Source: Octopus sinensis
Lineage: Eukaryota
Reading direction: 5' to 3'
Length of the DNA stretch: 64,000 nt
Assembly (NCBI RefSeq): GCF_006345805.1
Contig: NC_042997.1
Location: 73,222,001 to 73,286,000, forward strand
Of this stretch, positions 1-14,113 are shown piece after piece. Below the pieces are notes generated by a model. That model did no database searches, had not been told where the DNA came from, and worked only from the letters and a program-made list of their open reading frames with translations. Positions within the stretch are counted from its first letter, which is position 1. Each line of letters opens with the position of its first letter. Position numbers and translations under genes: made by a program.

Positions 1-250
1 GCCTAAAAACAGAGACAATTTCTATAATAATACGCGCATTAGGTGTTATAAAAAAAACATTCAGACAATAACAAAAACACCAGGATTTACAAGTACACAT
101 ATCATACTGAAAATAGCACTACTGCAAACATCATACGTAAAACACTTTCAGTACATTGAAAATAAAAACACCAAAACAAACCACAGCACAAACCCAAGTC
201 ACAAAGGACTGCAGTGAAAGCAAGTTATGAAAATAAGACAACTGATAAAA
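1..250 (+). mobile_element. 3' end of an R4/Dong-like LINE (relic)
   Basis: Aligns with the LINE 3' end at ~1850-2070 (cacagcac...gtgaaagca..ttat.aaaataa) and runs into (GAT)n/(AAT)n. Confidence 0.55.
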
Positions 251-309
251 TTTTAACGATGATGATGATGATGATGATGATAATAATAATAATAATAATA
301 ATAATACGT

Positions 310-1432
310 AAATTAATGACAAAGAACAAGGCACTACACTCCAAGAGTGATGTGTTAAGATTGTATGTAAGGAGGAAAGAAGGATGACGGGGATTGGTCT
401 ATTGTGAAGGTTGTCTAAGGGACGAAACGGATAGCCTGGCTTGGTATGGCATGGAGAGTAAAGAAGGAATGACTGAAGCAGTGAAAATGGAGGGTCCTTA
501 AAAGTAAACGAAGCAGTAGATCCAACACAATTTAAGAAAGACCAGAGAGAGCAGATGAAGAAAATTTGGCAGGACAAGTAAATGCACAGTCAGTTCTTGA
601 AGAATAAAGATGAGATTGATTGGATTAGAACCTGGCAATGGCTGCAAAAATGAGACTTAAAAGGGACCACTGAGTTATTAGTGTGCAGCACTCAAGAACA
701 AGCTCTCAGAACAATCTACTCCAAATTGATAAAACCACTGACTCGCCACAGTGTAGGATGTGCTCTGAGAAGGGAGAAAGTATAAGCCATATTGTTAGTG
801 AGTGCTGTAAACTCGCACAACGCGAATACAAAAGGAGACAAGACAATGTGGCCAGATATGTCTACTATCTGTTGTGCGGTGTAGCAAACCTCGAGAGAGC
901 CGAACAATGGTATGAACACAAGCCAGAAGGAGTAATGGAAAACGAACATTACAAAATACTCAGGGATTTTAACATGCAGTGCGACCAAGTCATAGAGGCG
1001 AGACGACCAGATATCGAGCACATCCATAAAGATGATAAAGAAGTAAGATAATAGGTGTTGCAATACCAGGCGATACGAGGATGAAACAGATACGATAAGG
1101 AAACAGAAAAGATTGAGAAATTCCAGCCACTGCGGGATGAGATAGGAAAGTTATAGGGCATGAGGAAAATAATGGTGATAGCGGTGGTAATTGGAACGTT
1201 ATGAGCAATTTCCAAGGGCTTTGAAAAGAATATTAAGAATATTGGATCTGTTGTCAGGCTCGATGTGATCCAGAAGACAGAATTGTCGGGTACAGCTCGC
1301 ATTCTAAGGAGAATATTGTCTCTTTGAGTCACAGGAAAAGGCACTACTTGAAACCTTTGCAGATTTGTTATTGCCTGCTTTTAAGTAAAGAATAACCGGT
1401 AGATAAGAACTATCTGAGAGACTTTCATAAAA

Positions 1433-1433
<1 letters not shown>
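310..1433 (+). mobile_element. Decayed 3' part of an R4/Dong-like non-LTR retrotransposon (RT thumb, CCHC knuckle, restriction-like endonuclease)
   Basis: ORF 683-1051 CRMC...SHIVSECCKLAQREYKRRQDNVAR and RRPDI motif; (TAA)n tail. Confidence 0.85.

Positions 1434-1508
<75 letters not shown>
1434..1508. repeat. (TAA)n microsatellite / LINE tail
   Basis: Direct reading. Confidence 0.98.
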
Positions 1509-1510
<2 letters not shown>

Positions 1511-1689
1511 CCGGGGACGTTTAACATGTGAGAGCGATAAAACAGTGCTCCGAAATCTATCCAAAAACATCGGAAACAAAAACATCGCAGGGAGCCAAAA
1601 GATAACTGACAAAGGATTGGACTATATCCGAGTAAGTAATACTCATTGAAATTTATTACTATTTTCCAAACGAAATGGTGTATTTTAAC

Positions 1690-2067
1690 TGGATATCATC
1701 TCCACTTCTAACACAGCACAACATGTAAACATGCTTGATACATTACGATCCATCAACATGGATCATCTCCGGCCCCAAACACCATGTAGAAAAAAAAACT
1801 ACGAACAAATTAAATAATACCGATATTATTCAACCCAAGAATAACAATAGTAGGTGCATTAGGCATGATAAAGAAATAACCAGACAAATACATAACAAAA
1901 ACACCAGGACTTGCAAACACATATAACATACAGAAAATCGCACTACTAGGCACTGCACACATCCTACGCAGAACACTTTCAATACAGTAACCATCAGAGC
2001 ATCACAACAAATCACAGCACATACCCAAGACACAGTGAAGTGAAAGCACGCTATAAAAATAAAACTA

Positions 2068-2146
<79 letters not shown>

Positions 2147-2438
2147 GCAGAAATTCAAAAGATAGTGCTCATGGGAACTGCTCATATCCTACGCAAAATA
2201 CTTTCTATGTAATCTCAAGGTTTAAAACAAACATAATTTTCGGTTTAAAAAAAAAAAAAAAATTTTTTTTTTTTAGACATTCATTAGTACAACACCCCAC
2301 CCCCAAATATATGGCACACTAGCATAACAACAACATGAACTTCAACCCTGTTGTCTCTTGAGGTCTCTGGGTGAGACTTGGAGCCAACTTGTACAAATAT
2401 AAAGCAAAAGTCAAACATAGAATAATAATAATAATAAT
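1690..2438 (+). mobile_element. Two stacked Dong-like LINE 3' ends, each followed by (TAA)n (2071-2144, 2421-2438)
   Basis: 2146-2420 is nearly identical to the 3' end of the long LINE at ~30783-31041 (gcagaaattcaaaagatagtgctcatgggaactgc...). Confidence 0.8.
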
Positions 2439-2439
2439 T

Positions 2440-2775
2440 GCCCTGATGCAGTAACAGGCAGTTGCTCTCGTGGCTTCTGATTTTAACTAATTGGAAGTAT
2501 TATCATGTACATTGTTTTGTCTTGGTATAAAATATGGGCTACAGCAAATATTCTGCCCAATACTACAGTTTTGCTTGTCAGTTGTTTGACCTTAACCAGT
2601 TGAGCATGTCCCTCAGTGGCTGACGGTATGTGCATCTCCGATCACGAGCAGAAGTAGTGGGGGAGCATCATAGCCATATGTTGAGAGGGATTCTTTTGGG
2701 CTTTCAGTAATTCACCTCTAGAAACGTAGGTGTTTCGTTCATCATCCTTAAACAACCCTTATTCAGGGACCTTTT
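2440..2775 (-). mobile_element. Interspersed repeat family A (probable LINE-derived end); further copies at 4491-4790 (same strand) and ~55985-56150 (opposite strand)
   Basis: Three homologous copies in the window sharing gatcagagatgcacatat.gtcagccac and gacaagcaaat. Confidence 0.75.
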
Positions 2776-3295
2776 GACCTACAGATTAAAATTTTTTTTG
2801 TAACTAAACACTTTCAAACTTCGGACACTGGTAGAATGTCTCATATAAAATATCTTTTACTCTTAGCATTTTTGAGAAAAACTTATATTTACGAAGTAAT
2901 TTCACGTTAAAGGTGTCCTATTTCGGTAATTTCAACCAATCAATGATGTGTATTCAACTGAATAAAATTACTGCCGTTGTTTGTCAACAAGAAGTTCCGG
3001 TGGTGTATTTTTCTTTTTTCACCGTTATTGATGACAACCCTAACCCTAAAACCCTAAGTCTAACCATAAAGCCCTAACCCTTAAACCCTAAACTAAAACC
3101 AGTACAAACGCACGAACGATGTCATAAATAATAGTGACAAAAAAAATACACCGCCGATAGTTGTTAACAAAATTACCGAAATAGGGCTATTTTGACGTGA
3201 AATTACTTCGTAAATATAAGTTTTTCTCAAAGATGCTAAGAGTAAAATATGTTTTATATGACACATTCTACCAGTGTCCGAAGTTTGAATGTTTT
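2771..3295. mobile_element. Truncated MITE with long TIRs and internal CCCTAA-like repeats
   Basis: Homologous to 8462-9057 in the opposite orientation; inverted arms aaacttcggacactggtagaat...attctaccagtgtccgaagttt. Confidence 0.8.
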
Positions 3296-4490
3296 AGGGA
3301 CAGCTAAAATACTTAGGAGAGTTCTTGGTATCTAACGCTACTTGTTGGAATTTTTCTTTTCCAACAGTCTAATCTGTTGTGCGTATATGAAATTATAATA
3401 GCATGATAATACATACATGCAATGGGGATAGGGAAACAAAGGATTTCTACCATAGGTACAGATATGTTAGATGAGAGAATAGCAGATTGAATCGACTCCG
3501 TTAATGCATTGGTACTTATTTTATTAACCTACGAAGAGCAGTAGAGAAGGGAAATAGTACAAATAAGGAACACGAATATTAATGATACTCACACAAGCAC
3601 ACACACACACATACACACACACACACGCACTTACATACATATACAAATTGCACAGGTGTATATCAAGTAATATGTTTACAGTGTTATATTGATGCATTGA
3701 CTGGAAAATTACAAGATAAAAACAACAAAAAAAATTATCACTACAAATAGCTGCCGTGTCAAGACTGTATTTTCGTCTATGTGTATTTATGCATCATCGG
3801 AATCGTCTTCATGCGTGCGCAACATTTCTTTTACCAGTAAAACTTCTATTACCATTTCTCACTTCCTATGTTCTTGTTGTCGCCGGTAACCAAATTAAAT
3901 ACAGCTTTCTTTACATGTGATTTACACATATCCCCATCGAGAATATCAGCTTCTTTTAACCTGAAGATTTCTGCTTTAGACATACTATTACGTGTATATT
4001 TGCACACTTACGTGCACTTTTCCTTCGTTTACTGTTTTTGAAATATGCTGTTGAAGCCCGTTGGAATGGGTATGCAAATATTAGACAATTTCTACTAATA
4101 TGTAAGTGCGTATATGCGCGTCTTTATATTTGCATGTGTGTGTAAGCATGTGTGCGCACGCCTTGCGAATGTTCGAGTGCATGTATTCATACATATGCAG
4201 CTATATCTATATCTCCCTCTCCAACTTTCTCTCCGCTCCCTGTCTCTCTCTTTCTCTTTCTCTGTTTCTCTCTCTCTCTCTTTCTACACATACATACACG
4301 CATATACACACACACAAACACACAAATATACGGAGAAATCCAAAAGCCACGCACAATTAAGTTCAATACAGTCTGAAATTGTCAGACAGGCTTCCGTTTT
4401 TCAAAAAATGAATAAAATAAATACGATAAAAATGCATACACATGTACTTGTATATGATAAACAAAATTAATGATGATGATGATGATAAAT

Positions 4491-4790
4491 GCCCTGATGT
4501 CGTAACAGGCAGTGGATTTCATGGCTTCTCGTCTTAACTAACTGGAAGTGCTATCATATACATTGTTTTGTCTTGGTATAAAAAAATGGGCTACAGCAAA
4601 TATTCTGCTCAATACCACATATTTGCTTGTCACTTGTTTGGCCTTAATCACTGCGTATGTCCCTTAATGGCTGACGATATGTGCATCTCTGATCACGAGT
4701 ATAAAAAGTGGGGGAGCATCATAGCCATGTCTTGAGAGGAATTCTTTGGGGTTAGTATAATTCACCTCTGGAAACATGGGTGTATTTTTA
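4491..4790 (-). mobile_element. Family A repeat copy
   Basis: Homologous to 2440-2775; adjacent (GAT)n. Confidence 0.75.
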
Positions 4791-7700
4791 CTTACGTCTT
4801 TATAAGTTACATGTTCAAGACTTTTGTTTAAAACTTTTTCAGATTCATTCTCAATCTCTTCTTTTGTGCAAAATACTTCCTCTTTCATCAGCAAGATGTA
4901 TAACTCTTTTCTGTTGAAAGAATAAGAATTTTGATTAAGCAGATTCGATTAATATTTATAAATTTATCTCAATTCCCCAATTCTATTTTAAAAATTACTC
5001 TTAATTTGGCTAGCAATTGAAAACCGTTTCTTGAAACTAAAAATATATTTGATTTTATTGTAATCTAACACAAACTCGCAATGTAACACTAATACGATCA
5101 GTAGGGAATTAATATTAAAATTTAATTTCTTAAATTATCGAAGATATTTAATGACTCAAGGAAAATAGCTATTTAGAAATGTCATTAATTTTGTTTTTCC
5201 TTACATTTTATCGCCTAACTAACGGGACATTTACGCTTGAAGAAAGAACAAAATATATAGATTTTATTCATTAGCAGCTCACTTTTATTGACTCGTAACT
5301 CCAGTTTTCACTTTTCAAACGAGGTTCAAACCCGGAGCACACTAGTAAATTTCTTGAACTGTGTTTATAATACTACGCTTCACCATACTTTGAATATTTG
5401 TCAGAAGATATACTTCCTATTATTGACATATGTGAACCTTGGCGAAATACCTAACCATACATCAGTGATGCAACTACTCACTGTTGAAGGCTTGATAGCA
5501 TTTCTGTTCAATAAAAAATATTGTACAATATTGCTCAAAATATATCCTCAGATCAGACTATAGCTCACACTGAATGATATATACAGTGTAACTTTATACT
5601 CAATGATAGCTAATCCCTTATGTATATTTGTTACATTCAACGCTAGCTGGAATTTGGAATCACATAAATAAATTCTCAAGGCCTGATGTAGTAGTAATTT
5701 TAATAAGTATTTAGTTTGTTAGGTTTTTATAATAAAAAATAAGGTGACATACCCCACTAGGTAGTTGAAGAATATTTGTACACATTTTACTTTGTGATGA
5801 TTCGAGTTTTTCAATTAATGCTCTTACAAAATCTAAAATGCCTTTTTTCTGTTGGAAATTTCTTCCTGACACGGTCTACATTAATATCTTAGCTGTAACG
5901 AAGTCGAATCAAAACATTAACCACGGCATAAAATCCTAATCCTACAAGCATAAATGCTTCCCAAACAAGGCTAAATATTTTGCTAAAATCTTGACCACCA
6001 TTTTCATGCTGGATGACGCCTTCCATTCTTTGCCGGGCTTTTCCGACACGTACTAGTAAATTATTTCTAACTTTAGAGTATCGGCCAAGGAGGTTACCAA
6101 ACTTATAAGTATCTTTTGTCGAAAGCAACTAGTCCGGATCAGATCCCTGTCATTGCGGTCAAAGCCCTGAGATAACTCCAATTGTTATCCCAGTCATTGC
6201 CTTATGCTTTTTCTGGTTCATGAAAGAAGCTTGTAACTCACTCATTTTTCAAGAACTTTGTGAACAAATATTTCCATCTCCATATAGGCCAATTAGTGTA
6301 TCGAAAGCAATCTGTTCTAATCTATCACTAATTAGTAAGCACATAATAAACCATTTGAATGAAGTAAATAAAGTAAAGTAAATAAAGTAAGTGGCAAACA
6401 TTGCGGTTGTCTATATTCCATATCCGCACTTAACATACAGTCATCGTTCATAGATTGAGCGTTGCACTAAACAGCAGACGACTCTATGTTCGTGTAATTG
6501 TCTGAGACATTTCCAAAGCATTTGAAAATGTATAACACACAAGAATATTTTATAAACTGTAAATATAGATCATTCCAGTAACCTAACTGAGACTTGAACT
6601 TTGGAAATATATTCTGTGTTACATTTTATGCCTTCAAGTCCAAACTAGTATATTTCCACAGCTACCGTTAAATTTCTAATCTTCCGTCAATTTTGATATA
6701 AAAGACAGTTTTGAAAGAGTACCTACGTCTGTATATACTTTTAAGTTTGACTTAAGACGGGAGTAGTACATTACATCTCTTGCCGGTGCGATGCAACTCA
6801 AGTTTTCGGCTAGATGTACTATTTAAAAAAAAAAAAAAGATCATTGTGATCTTCAGTAATTTATCAGCTTCTTGGATTTTGATGGGTCTATGAAAAATAA
6901 CGAAAACTAATTTCCCGCAATGGATGCCATTCAACTGTAATTTTTTTAAGGAAATTATATCAAAGAACATATTAGTTTCTGATATGTCAATACATGACCA
7001 GCGTATAAGTTATGATTTTCATACGTCGATGCAGATATTACCTCCTAAGTTTCCCTCGTACTAGTATATCAGTCATTTGCGACATGCAGAATAAAATTTT
7101 CAGCTCAGAAACACTAGACTCCGATAAAAGGTTTGAATACACAACCCATGAACTGTAGCCAATAAGTTACATAGCGCAACGTAATGATTTCATATTCTGG
7201 TAAAAATGGTAATAATATGCAAGTACTAAAATGAGGTATAATGTTATCGAAGCAACGACATAGGACACGTTTATATTACAGTGACTTGAACGAACGAGAT
7301 AATATTACTAGTTTACAACAGCTTCAGCTGTTTTCTGTCCTATCGTTGTCTTTTCCAAACAATACTGGACCAAGAAATGCCATAATTTCCTATAATAATT
7401 TTATAGCAAATCTAATGCAAATAGACTTGTTCATTTTATAATTATTGAATATAATTTCAACAATGGCTTAATTTAAAGAAAGAAGTATATATGTGTAACT
7501 TGTTAGCATAGAGCAACTATAATGTTTTACAAAATGAAGATACAAATATATAATATTCTACGATATTAGTATAAAGATTGAGACCGAATTAAGTCCATCA
7601 ACTTTTATTCATGCGCATAAATTCTCAACGTCTCCTACTATGACCTAGAATTTACTAGAAGGTTCCTGCTTTCAGATATCTATCGGAATATGAGTTAATA

Positions 7701-7826
7701 AGTTGTGAACACGAGATGGAACCACCTATGCACAGTATTAAAAAAAAATTCATGAATACTTAATTTTATTTGTTGTATGTAATTCAATATCAGAAAGGAA
7801 AAGTAATAAAATGCATTATCACCTAC

Positions 7827-8009
7827 CTTGTGATTAAGCCGTAAAAGTGTTTTGATTTCGAAAGCATCGTTTGCTTTTTAGCAACGGGAAATCCGCTATG
7901 TGTTGTAGTAAGTAATATTTTAGCTACTTTGTACACTGACTGTTTCGGATATACTGTCACAACAGGACTTGCCATGACATCAAAAGCAGTATATAGTTCC
8001 GCATTCAAC
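7827..8009 (-). CDS. CLC exon H (183 nt), CBS1: LNAELYTAFDVMASPVVTVYPKQSVYKVAKILLTTTHSGFPVAKKQTMLSKSKHFYGLIT(R)
   Basis: Acceptor ttgtttag, donor ag|gtaggt; DVM..PV and H.GFPV CBS motifs. Confidence 0.93.
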
Positions 8010-8461
8010 CTAAACAATAACATCAACAGATTACACATTTAAAAGAAACAAACCAACAATACCAAATACGCATAAAGAAATAAAAAACAATCTAAAATTA
8101 GCGATGTGGATAAAGAGCCATAAGAACAGAAGTTACTCGCGTCTTTCAAATCATATTTGGTAGTAAAGGCAACACTGAAGTGTTGCAATTAATGTAACAT
8201 TTCTGCAACAAGATAACACGGCATACATTTAGGTTTTTCAGTAAGAAAAGAAATCAAACTCCTCTGAGTTTCCAAACATGTACTCCACTATTTTCCAGCG
8301 TGTTTTTTTTAGCTTGAGATGACTGAACTGTTGAGGATTGGCTGCAATTGCAATGGAACCCGTGACACGATACGGATGTTTGCGTTTGCTATCCGATATG
8401 ATTTAGCTAAGATCCTAGTGACGGAGAAGTACATGTAGCCCCAACATATAGGAGATTACTG

Positions 8462-9057
8462 GGATCTTTACCTTTTGACCTACAGATTTAAAAAATACTA
8501 AACACTTTCAAACTTTGGACACTGGTAGAATGAGTCATATAAAACATGTTTTACACTTAGAATTTTTGAGAAAATCTTATATTTACTTTGTTATTTCACC
8601 TTAAAGTTCTCGTATTTCGGTAATTTCAACCAATCAATGACATGTATTCAGCTGAATAAAATTACTGCCGTTGTTTGTCAACAACAACAACTATCAGCGG
8701 TGTATTTTTTCGTTTGTCAAGGTTTTGGTGTTAGTGTTAGGGTTTAAAGGTTTGGGTTAAGGTTTTAGGGTTAGGGCTGTTATAAATAACAGTGACAAAC
8801 GAAATATACATCGCCGGAAGTTCTTGTTGACAAACAACAGCAGTAATTTTATTCAGCTAAGTACGCGTCATTGATTGGTTAGAATTACCGAAATACGAGA
8901 AATTTAAGGTGAAATAACTAAGTAAATATAAGTTTTTAACAAAAATGATAAGAGTAACACATGTTTTATATGAAACATCGTACCAATGTCCGAAGTTTGA
9001 AAGTGTTTAGTTACAAAAAATTATTTTTTAAATCTGTAGGTCAAAAGGTAAAGATCC
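8462..9057. mobile_element. Complete ~596-bp MITE with long TIRs, 8-bp TSD and internal TTAGGG-like repeats
   Basis: Ends ggatctttaccttttgacctacagattt...aaatctgtaggtcaaaaggtaaagatcc; flanks gattactg / gactactg. Confidence 0.88.
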
Positions 9058-9362
9058 GACTACTGTGAAGGGTGTTGAGAAAAAATTCCCTTAAATTCTA
9101 CTTTACCTATTTGCAGACAGGACATTGCCTCACTGAGAAGTAGCAGTCTTAGTATTCATACGAATATTTGCTGGGATGTCGAAAGCCGTACTGATAGTTA
9201 CAATGACATTGATGAAGCAGACGATGCTTACGGAATGGCCGAAAATTAGAATAATAAAGATTAAGAAGAAACCTAGGTATTTGAATTAAGCGAAGTTGTG
9301 TGACGGAGAAACGGAGTGATTGACAAAATATGGGAGTGTGTTGAAACATATCAATGTGTTTA

Positions 9363-12300
9363 TGTTGTGGAAGGATTCCACTCCCACCCAAGTGACTAAA
9401 ATTGGATTAATACATTGCTATAAAATAAAGAACTGTGAGCAATTGATGGTAAGTAGTCCACTGCTAAGGCGGGGCAAGCTGGCAGAATCGGTAGTGCGCT
9501 GGGCGAAATGCTTAGCGGTATTTCGTCTGCCGCTACATTATGAGTTCAAATCACGCTGAGGTCGACTTTGCCTTTCATCCTTTCGGGGTCGATTAAATAA
9601 GTACCAGTTACGCACTGGGGTCGATATAATCGACTTAATCCGTTTGTCTGTCCTTGTTTGTCCCCTCTGTGTTTAGCCCCTTGTGGGTAGTAAAGAAATA
9701 GGTATTTCGTCTGCCGCTACGTTCTGAGTTCAAATCCCGCCGAGTTCGACTTTGCCTTTCATCCTTTCGGGGTCGATTAAATAAGTACCTGTTACGCACT
9801 GGGGTCGATATAATCGACTTAATCCGTCTGTCTGTCCTTGTTTGTCTCCTCTGTGTTTAGCCCCCTTGTGGGTAGTAAAGAAATAGGTAAGTAGTTCACT
9901 GCAAGCCGTTGGCATAGAGCGGTTATTGTCGTGTAACAGTAATTTTAGCGCGTCATATGAATACCATCTTCACATCCCCTGGTTCATAAATTATTTATCT
10001 AACACCAGGATATAATTGTAGCGACAAGTTACTCGAAGTTTGCGTTGGACGTTTAGAATTTGTTTTTGTACGAAATCAAAGAAAAAATCGTTTTGACATA
10101 GAAGATTTATTGGCTTCCGTAGTGCAGTTGCAACAACAACATCTGCTGCAACAGCAACTACAATAGCAACTACAACAGCAACAACAACGACACCAACAGT
10201 TGCTGGAATTAATATTCAAGAAATTTGAAAATATTTTAGGTCCTTACCCGCCAGACAGCGTGGCAAGATTTTGCCGATGGAACTAGGTGAGATTTTTTTT
10301 CAATGAATCAATTAATTTTTATCGAAAACTTTCAGTGAAAGAGGTTCCCTGTTCAATGCTCCCTGGCAATGTTTAAATTTGTCGAAAAAGATTGCCAAGA
10401 TTTCGTCACCTATGCCGGAGTTGTTAACAGATAGTGTGAAAAATTCAAATTAAATGAATTAACCCCGGACATGTTCCAATGTCTAATATTGTTTCAAGGG
10501 CTAACTGCAAGCAAAGATACAGATATACGTTCCCGGATATTAACAAAATTAGAACAGTACCTGTGTCGACCGGTAACGGATATGAAAAAAGAGAAAAATG
10601 TCATGAACGAATTCATGTTATGGGTACGGTGGTCTACATTTTAAAAAGTAACAGTCCATTTAAAAATATAAAATACTTCAAGTGAAGTAAGATAGGTCAT
10701 AAAAATCACACTGTAAAACAAAACCTGAAAAACGGTTCAACAGAAAAAATAACTTTAAAGGTTATCGGTGGCAAAAAACGAGCCTCAAAGGAAATTTATG
10801 TATGTAAAAGTCGATAACACAAACGTAAAGTTACTGATGGATACGGGCAATATCTCGATAATTAACACAGATACATGGGGGAAATCAGGAGACCTAAATT
10901 AAAAGAAACTTCGAAAATTGCAGATGGTGTTTAAGGAAGAAAATTATACTTTAAGGCGAGATGTTAAGTGACATTACATTTCGTGGAAAAACCTTAAAAG
11001 CCAAAGTTTCTAAATTGGATCTCTCTGACGCATACCTATAAATTAGAGTAGACGATGAATGCTCTAAATAGCTAACAATTAACATACATAAAAGACTGTA
11101 TAAATACAACAGGTTAACATTTGTCTTAAAAGTCGCACAGACAATTTTTCAACAGATAATGGATGCAACGTTTGCGGTCTGTGAATTTGCAATTCCATAT
11201 CTGGATGATATACTCGTAAAAAGCGAATCCCAGGACCAAAACGTACAGCACGTACGATATGTGTTCGAAAAAATTAGAGCTTACGGCTTTACACTGAGTG
11301 AAAAAAGGTGTGAAATTTTCTTACCGAAAATAACATATCCAGGACAAATCATTGTCAGAAATGGACGTCGACCAGATCCGATGAGGCTAGACGCAATTAA
11401 AGATATTCCTCTTCCGACAAATATTGCGATCTTACAAGCTTTTTTGGGACTGGCAAATTATTGCTAAAATTATATTCTAAATATGCATAAGGTAAGAATC
11501 CCACTAAATAACCTACTAAAAAAAGATATAAAGTGGAATTGGTCTGAAGATTGTCGGAAGGCTTTCGACGAAATAAAAATGATATTAACGTCAGATTTGT
11601 CGTTAGCACATTTTGATTTTACAATGGAGATTGTAACGGTATCGTAGCAGTAATGCTAAATAAATATAAGAATGGTTACATGAAGGCGGTGGTTCATACC
11701 TCACGTTCTCTGATATCAGCAGAAAAAATTACAGCCAAATTGAAACAGAGCTCTAGTGATTATTTATGCTGTAAAAAAATTTCATAGTTTTTACACAGTA
11801 AAAGTTTTTTACTTCAGACTGACCAACGTCCGTTATAATTTATATATGGGTGGAAGAAAGGAATCCCTGCCCATACTCCTAATAGGTTGCAACCCTGGAA
11901 TACTCTATTATCAAACTATGATTTTGAAATGGAATATATACCATCTAAGAAATTAGGACACGCTGATTGCTTATCTGCGAGCAGAAAATTAAATTAAAAA
12001 TGCTTTGTGTAATTTCATATGTGAATTGCCACATTACAAGGCACACAATTAAAAGCGAAAAATGATCAATTCCTAAGAAAAAATTAAAGATATGCTGAAG
12101 TCTAAATGAGATAAAAATATGCACAGCACAAATGCGAACCTATTCTCAATGTGAGACGGTGCGTTGATGTATGCACAAAGAATCAGCAAATATACTTCAA
12201 AATTCTTCAAGTTAGGCGAAGTTTTTTTGTAAACCTATAGATATGGTAAAGAAAGATGGGAGAACGGTGTAATTATTAAACAACTTGGAAGAATGATATT

Positions 12301-12672
12301 CCTGGTAAAAGGAAAAAAATGTCGACCATAAAAGTCATTTTAACCAATTTAAAAAAAAGATTTACGGAAAAAGCAGTTACGAGAAATGAAATTTTTACGG
12401 AAGTATTGTACGACACGTTTGAGGTACCAACACCCAAATAATTTGAAACTAAACGTTCTAACACCAGAAAAAGAACGGAAACACTGAAATTGAACCTTAA
12501 GCGTAAGAGATATTAAAATAATGAGTGGAATTTAATTCTCAAAATGGAAGACTCATTCTAAAACTGGAAGATGTTGTGGAAGGATTCCGACCACCGTCCA
12601 AGTGACTAAAAGTGGACTAACACATTGCTATAAAATAAAGTACTGTGAGCAACTGATGGTAAGCAGTTCACA
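9363..12672 (+). mobile_element. Decayed Ty3/Gypsy LTR retrotransposon with short LTRs (9363-~9905 including a SINE insert; 12572-12672)
   Basis: RT YLDD (ORF 11159-11467: IPYLDDILVKS...QAFLGLANY) followed by RNase H relics. LTR start tgttgtggaaggattcc occurs at both ends; purine tract aaaactggaaga precedes the 3' LTR. Confidence 0.88.
9465..9885 (+). mobile_element. tRNA-derived SINE dimer inserted in the 5' LTR
   Basis: taaggcgg..gctggcagaatcg head, duplicated body; 17-bp TSD ggtaagtagt[c/t]cactgc. Confidence 0.9.
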
Positions 12673-13250
12673 TCCCATAAATAAAAAATTAATTCGAACC
12701 TCAACAATCTAGAATGGAAAAATCTAATTGAACTACAAAGCGACAAAGAACTGACAATTAAAGAAGCAGACAAAGGAAGTGCTGTAGTTCTGATGGACAC
12801 AGAACAAGATAAAAACTTAGTATTATCCATACTAGAAAACGAGACTTTCTACGAAAAAGTTATAAATTATAAACAATAAAAAACAATGAAACATCTTGCA
12901 TCCTTAATTCTTCTATATGGAAAAGGCTTGACAGAAAAAGAAACAGACTACATCACGAACTTCAAACGTAAACCCAGTCATTTTTACGCCCTTCCTAAAA
13001 TACACGAGAGCAAGATAAAACGTGCAAACAATCACTAGGCCAATACATAAATATCCAAATGCCCGAAGACTTGATCTTAACAACAACAATAATAACGATA
13101 ACGAATTACCTCTCCTTATTTTCCTACTTGTGAAGTCATTCACTCGTAAATGTCACCACACATATGGACAAAAATTTCTTCTTAAGAAAATACGTATTCA
13201 AATAAGTAACCCATAATATCATGAACAGCGAAAGCGAAACCGGTCGATAT
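12673..13250 (+). mobile_element. Penelope-like RT fragment truncating the Gypsy 3' LTR
   Basis: Translates to LTIKEADKGSAVVLMD...HFYALPKIH. Confidence 0.8.
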
Positions 13251-13303
13251 ATTAAAAATTATATTAAAACTATGTAAAGTGTGTGTATTTTCCTTTTTTA
13301 ATT

Positions 13304-13341
<38 letters not shown>

Positions 13342-13459
13342 TATATATATACATATTATATATATATATCTTCTTTCTTTCTTTCCTGAGCGTCTGATAA
13401 TACATTACTTGTACCACGTCCTCGCGTTGTTGTATTTTCATGTTTCGTCTTCTTTGTAT

Positions 13460-13536
<77 letters not shown>

Positions 13537-14055
13537 AGACAGGTTGTTGGATGATTACATATATATTTTTATTTACATTTTATATACATTTTAGCGCTTT
13601 CTTCCGTTAACGGATTTATCAAAGAGTGGTCTAAATTAGATTGCTTGGCTTTTTTATATATAAATTTTTTTGGGAGGTTTGCCAAGCAAGGGATAATAAA
13701 GAAAAACATTTTTGAGAAGGAGGGTGAGGTAAAGTGGAGTGGCTTTTGTATTGGTATGGTCAGACTTGTTTGTTTATTACATAGTGGCCTTTTAAGGTAG
13801 GGGAAGGGAAAAGAACTTTTGTGTTTAAATTGGTCAACTGTTTAATTGAACAATCAGATGTTTTTTTTAATTCTTCAGTAAAAATCATAATTGCATTTCC
13901 AGGTCATGTTCATTTGTATTCATTAATGTTGTATGGATGTGGTCAAACATTTTTGAGTGAAATTCTAGTTGTTTTCGAAAGAGTGAACTTTTAGTTCATT
14001 ATACACTCACACAGCAATTACATATATATATATACACGCACGCACACATAAATAC

Positions 14056-14113
<58 letters not shown>

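Noticed and set aside
3855-3961. Possible next CLC exon (LKEADILDGDMCKSHVKKAVF...)
   Set aside because: Phase would fit, but the acceptor lacks a pyrimidine tract and the peptide has no CLC/CBS resemblance.
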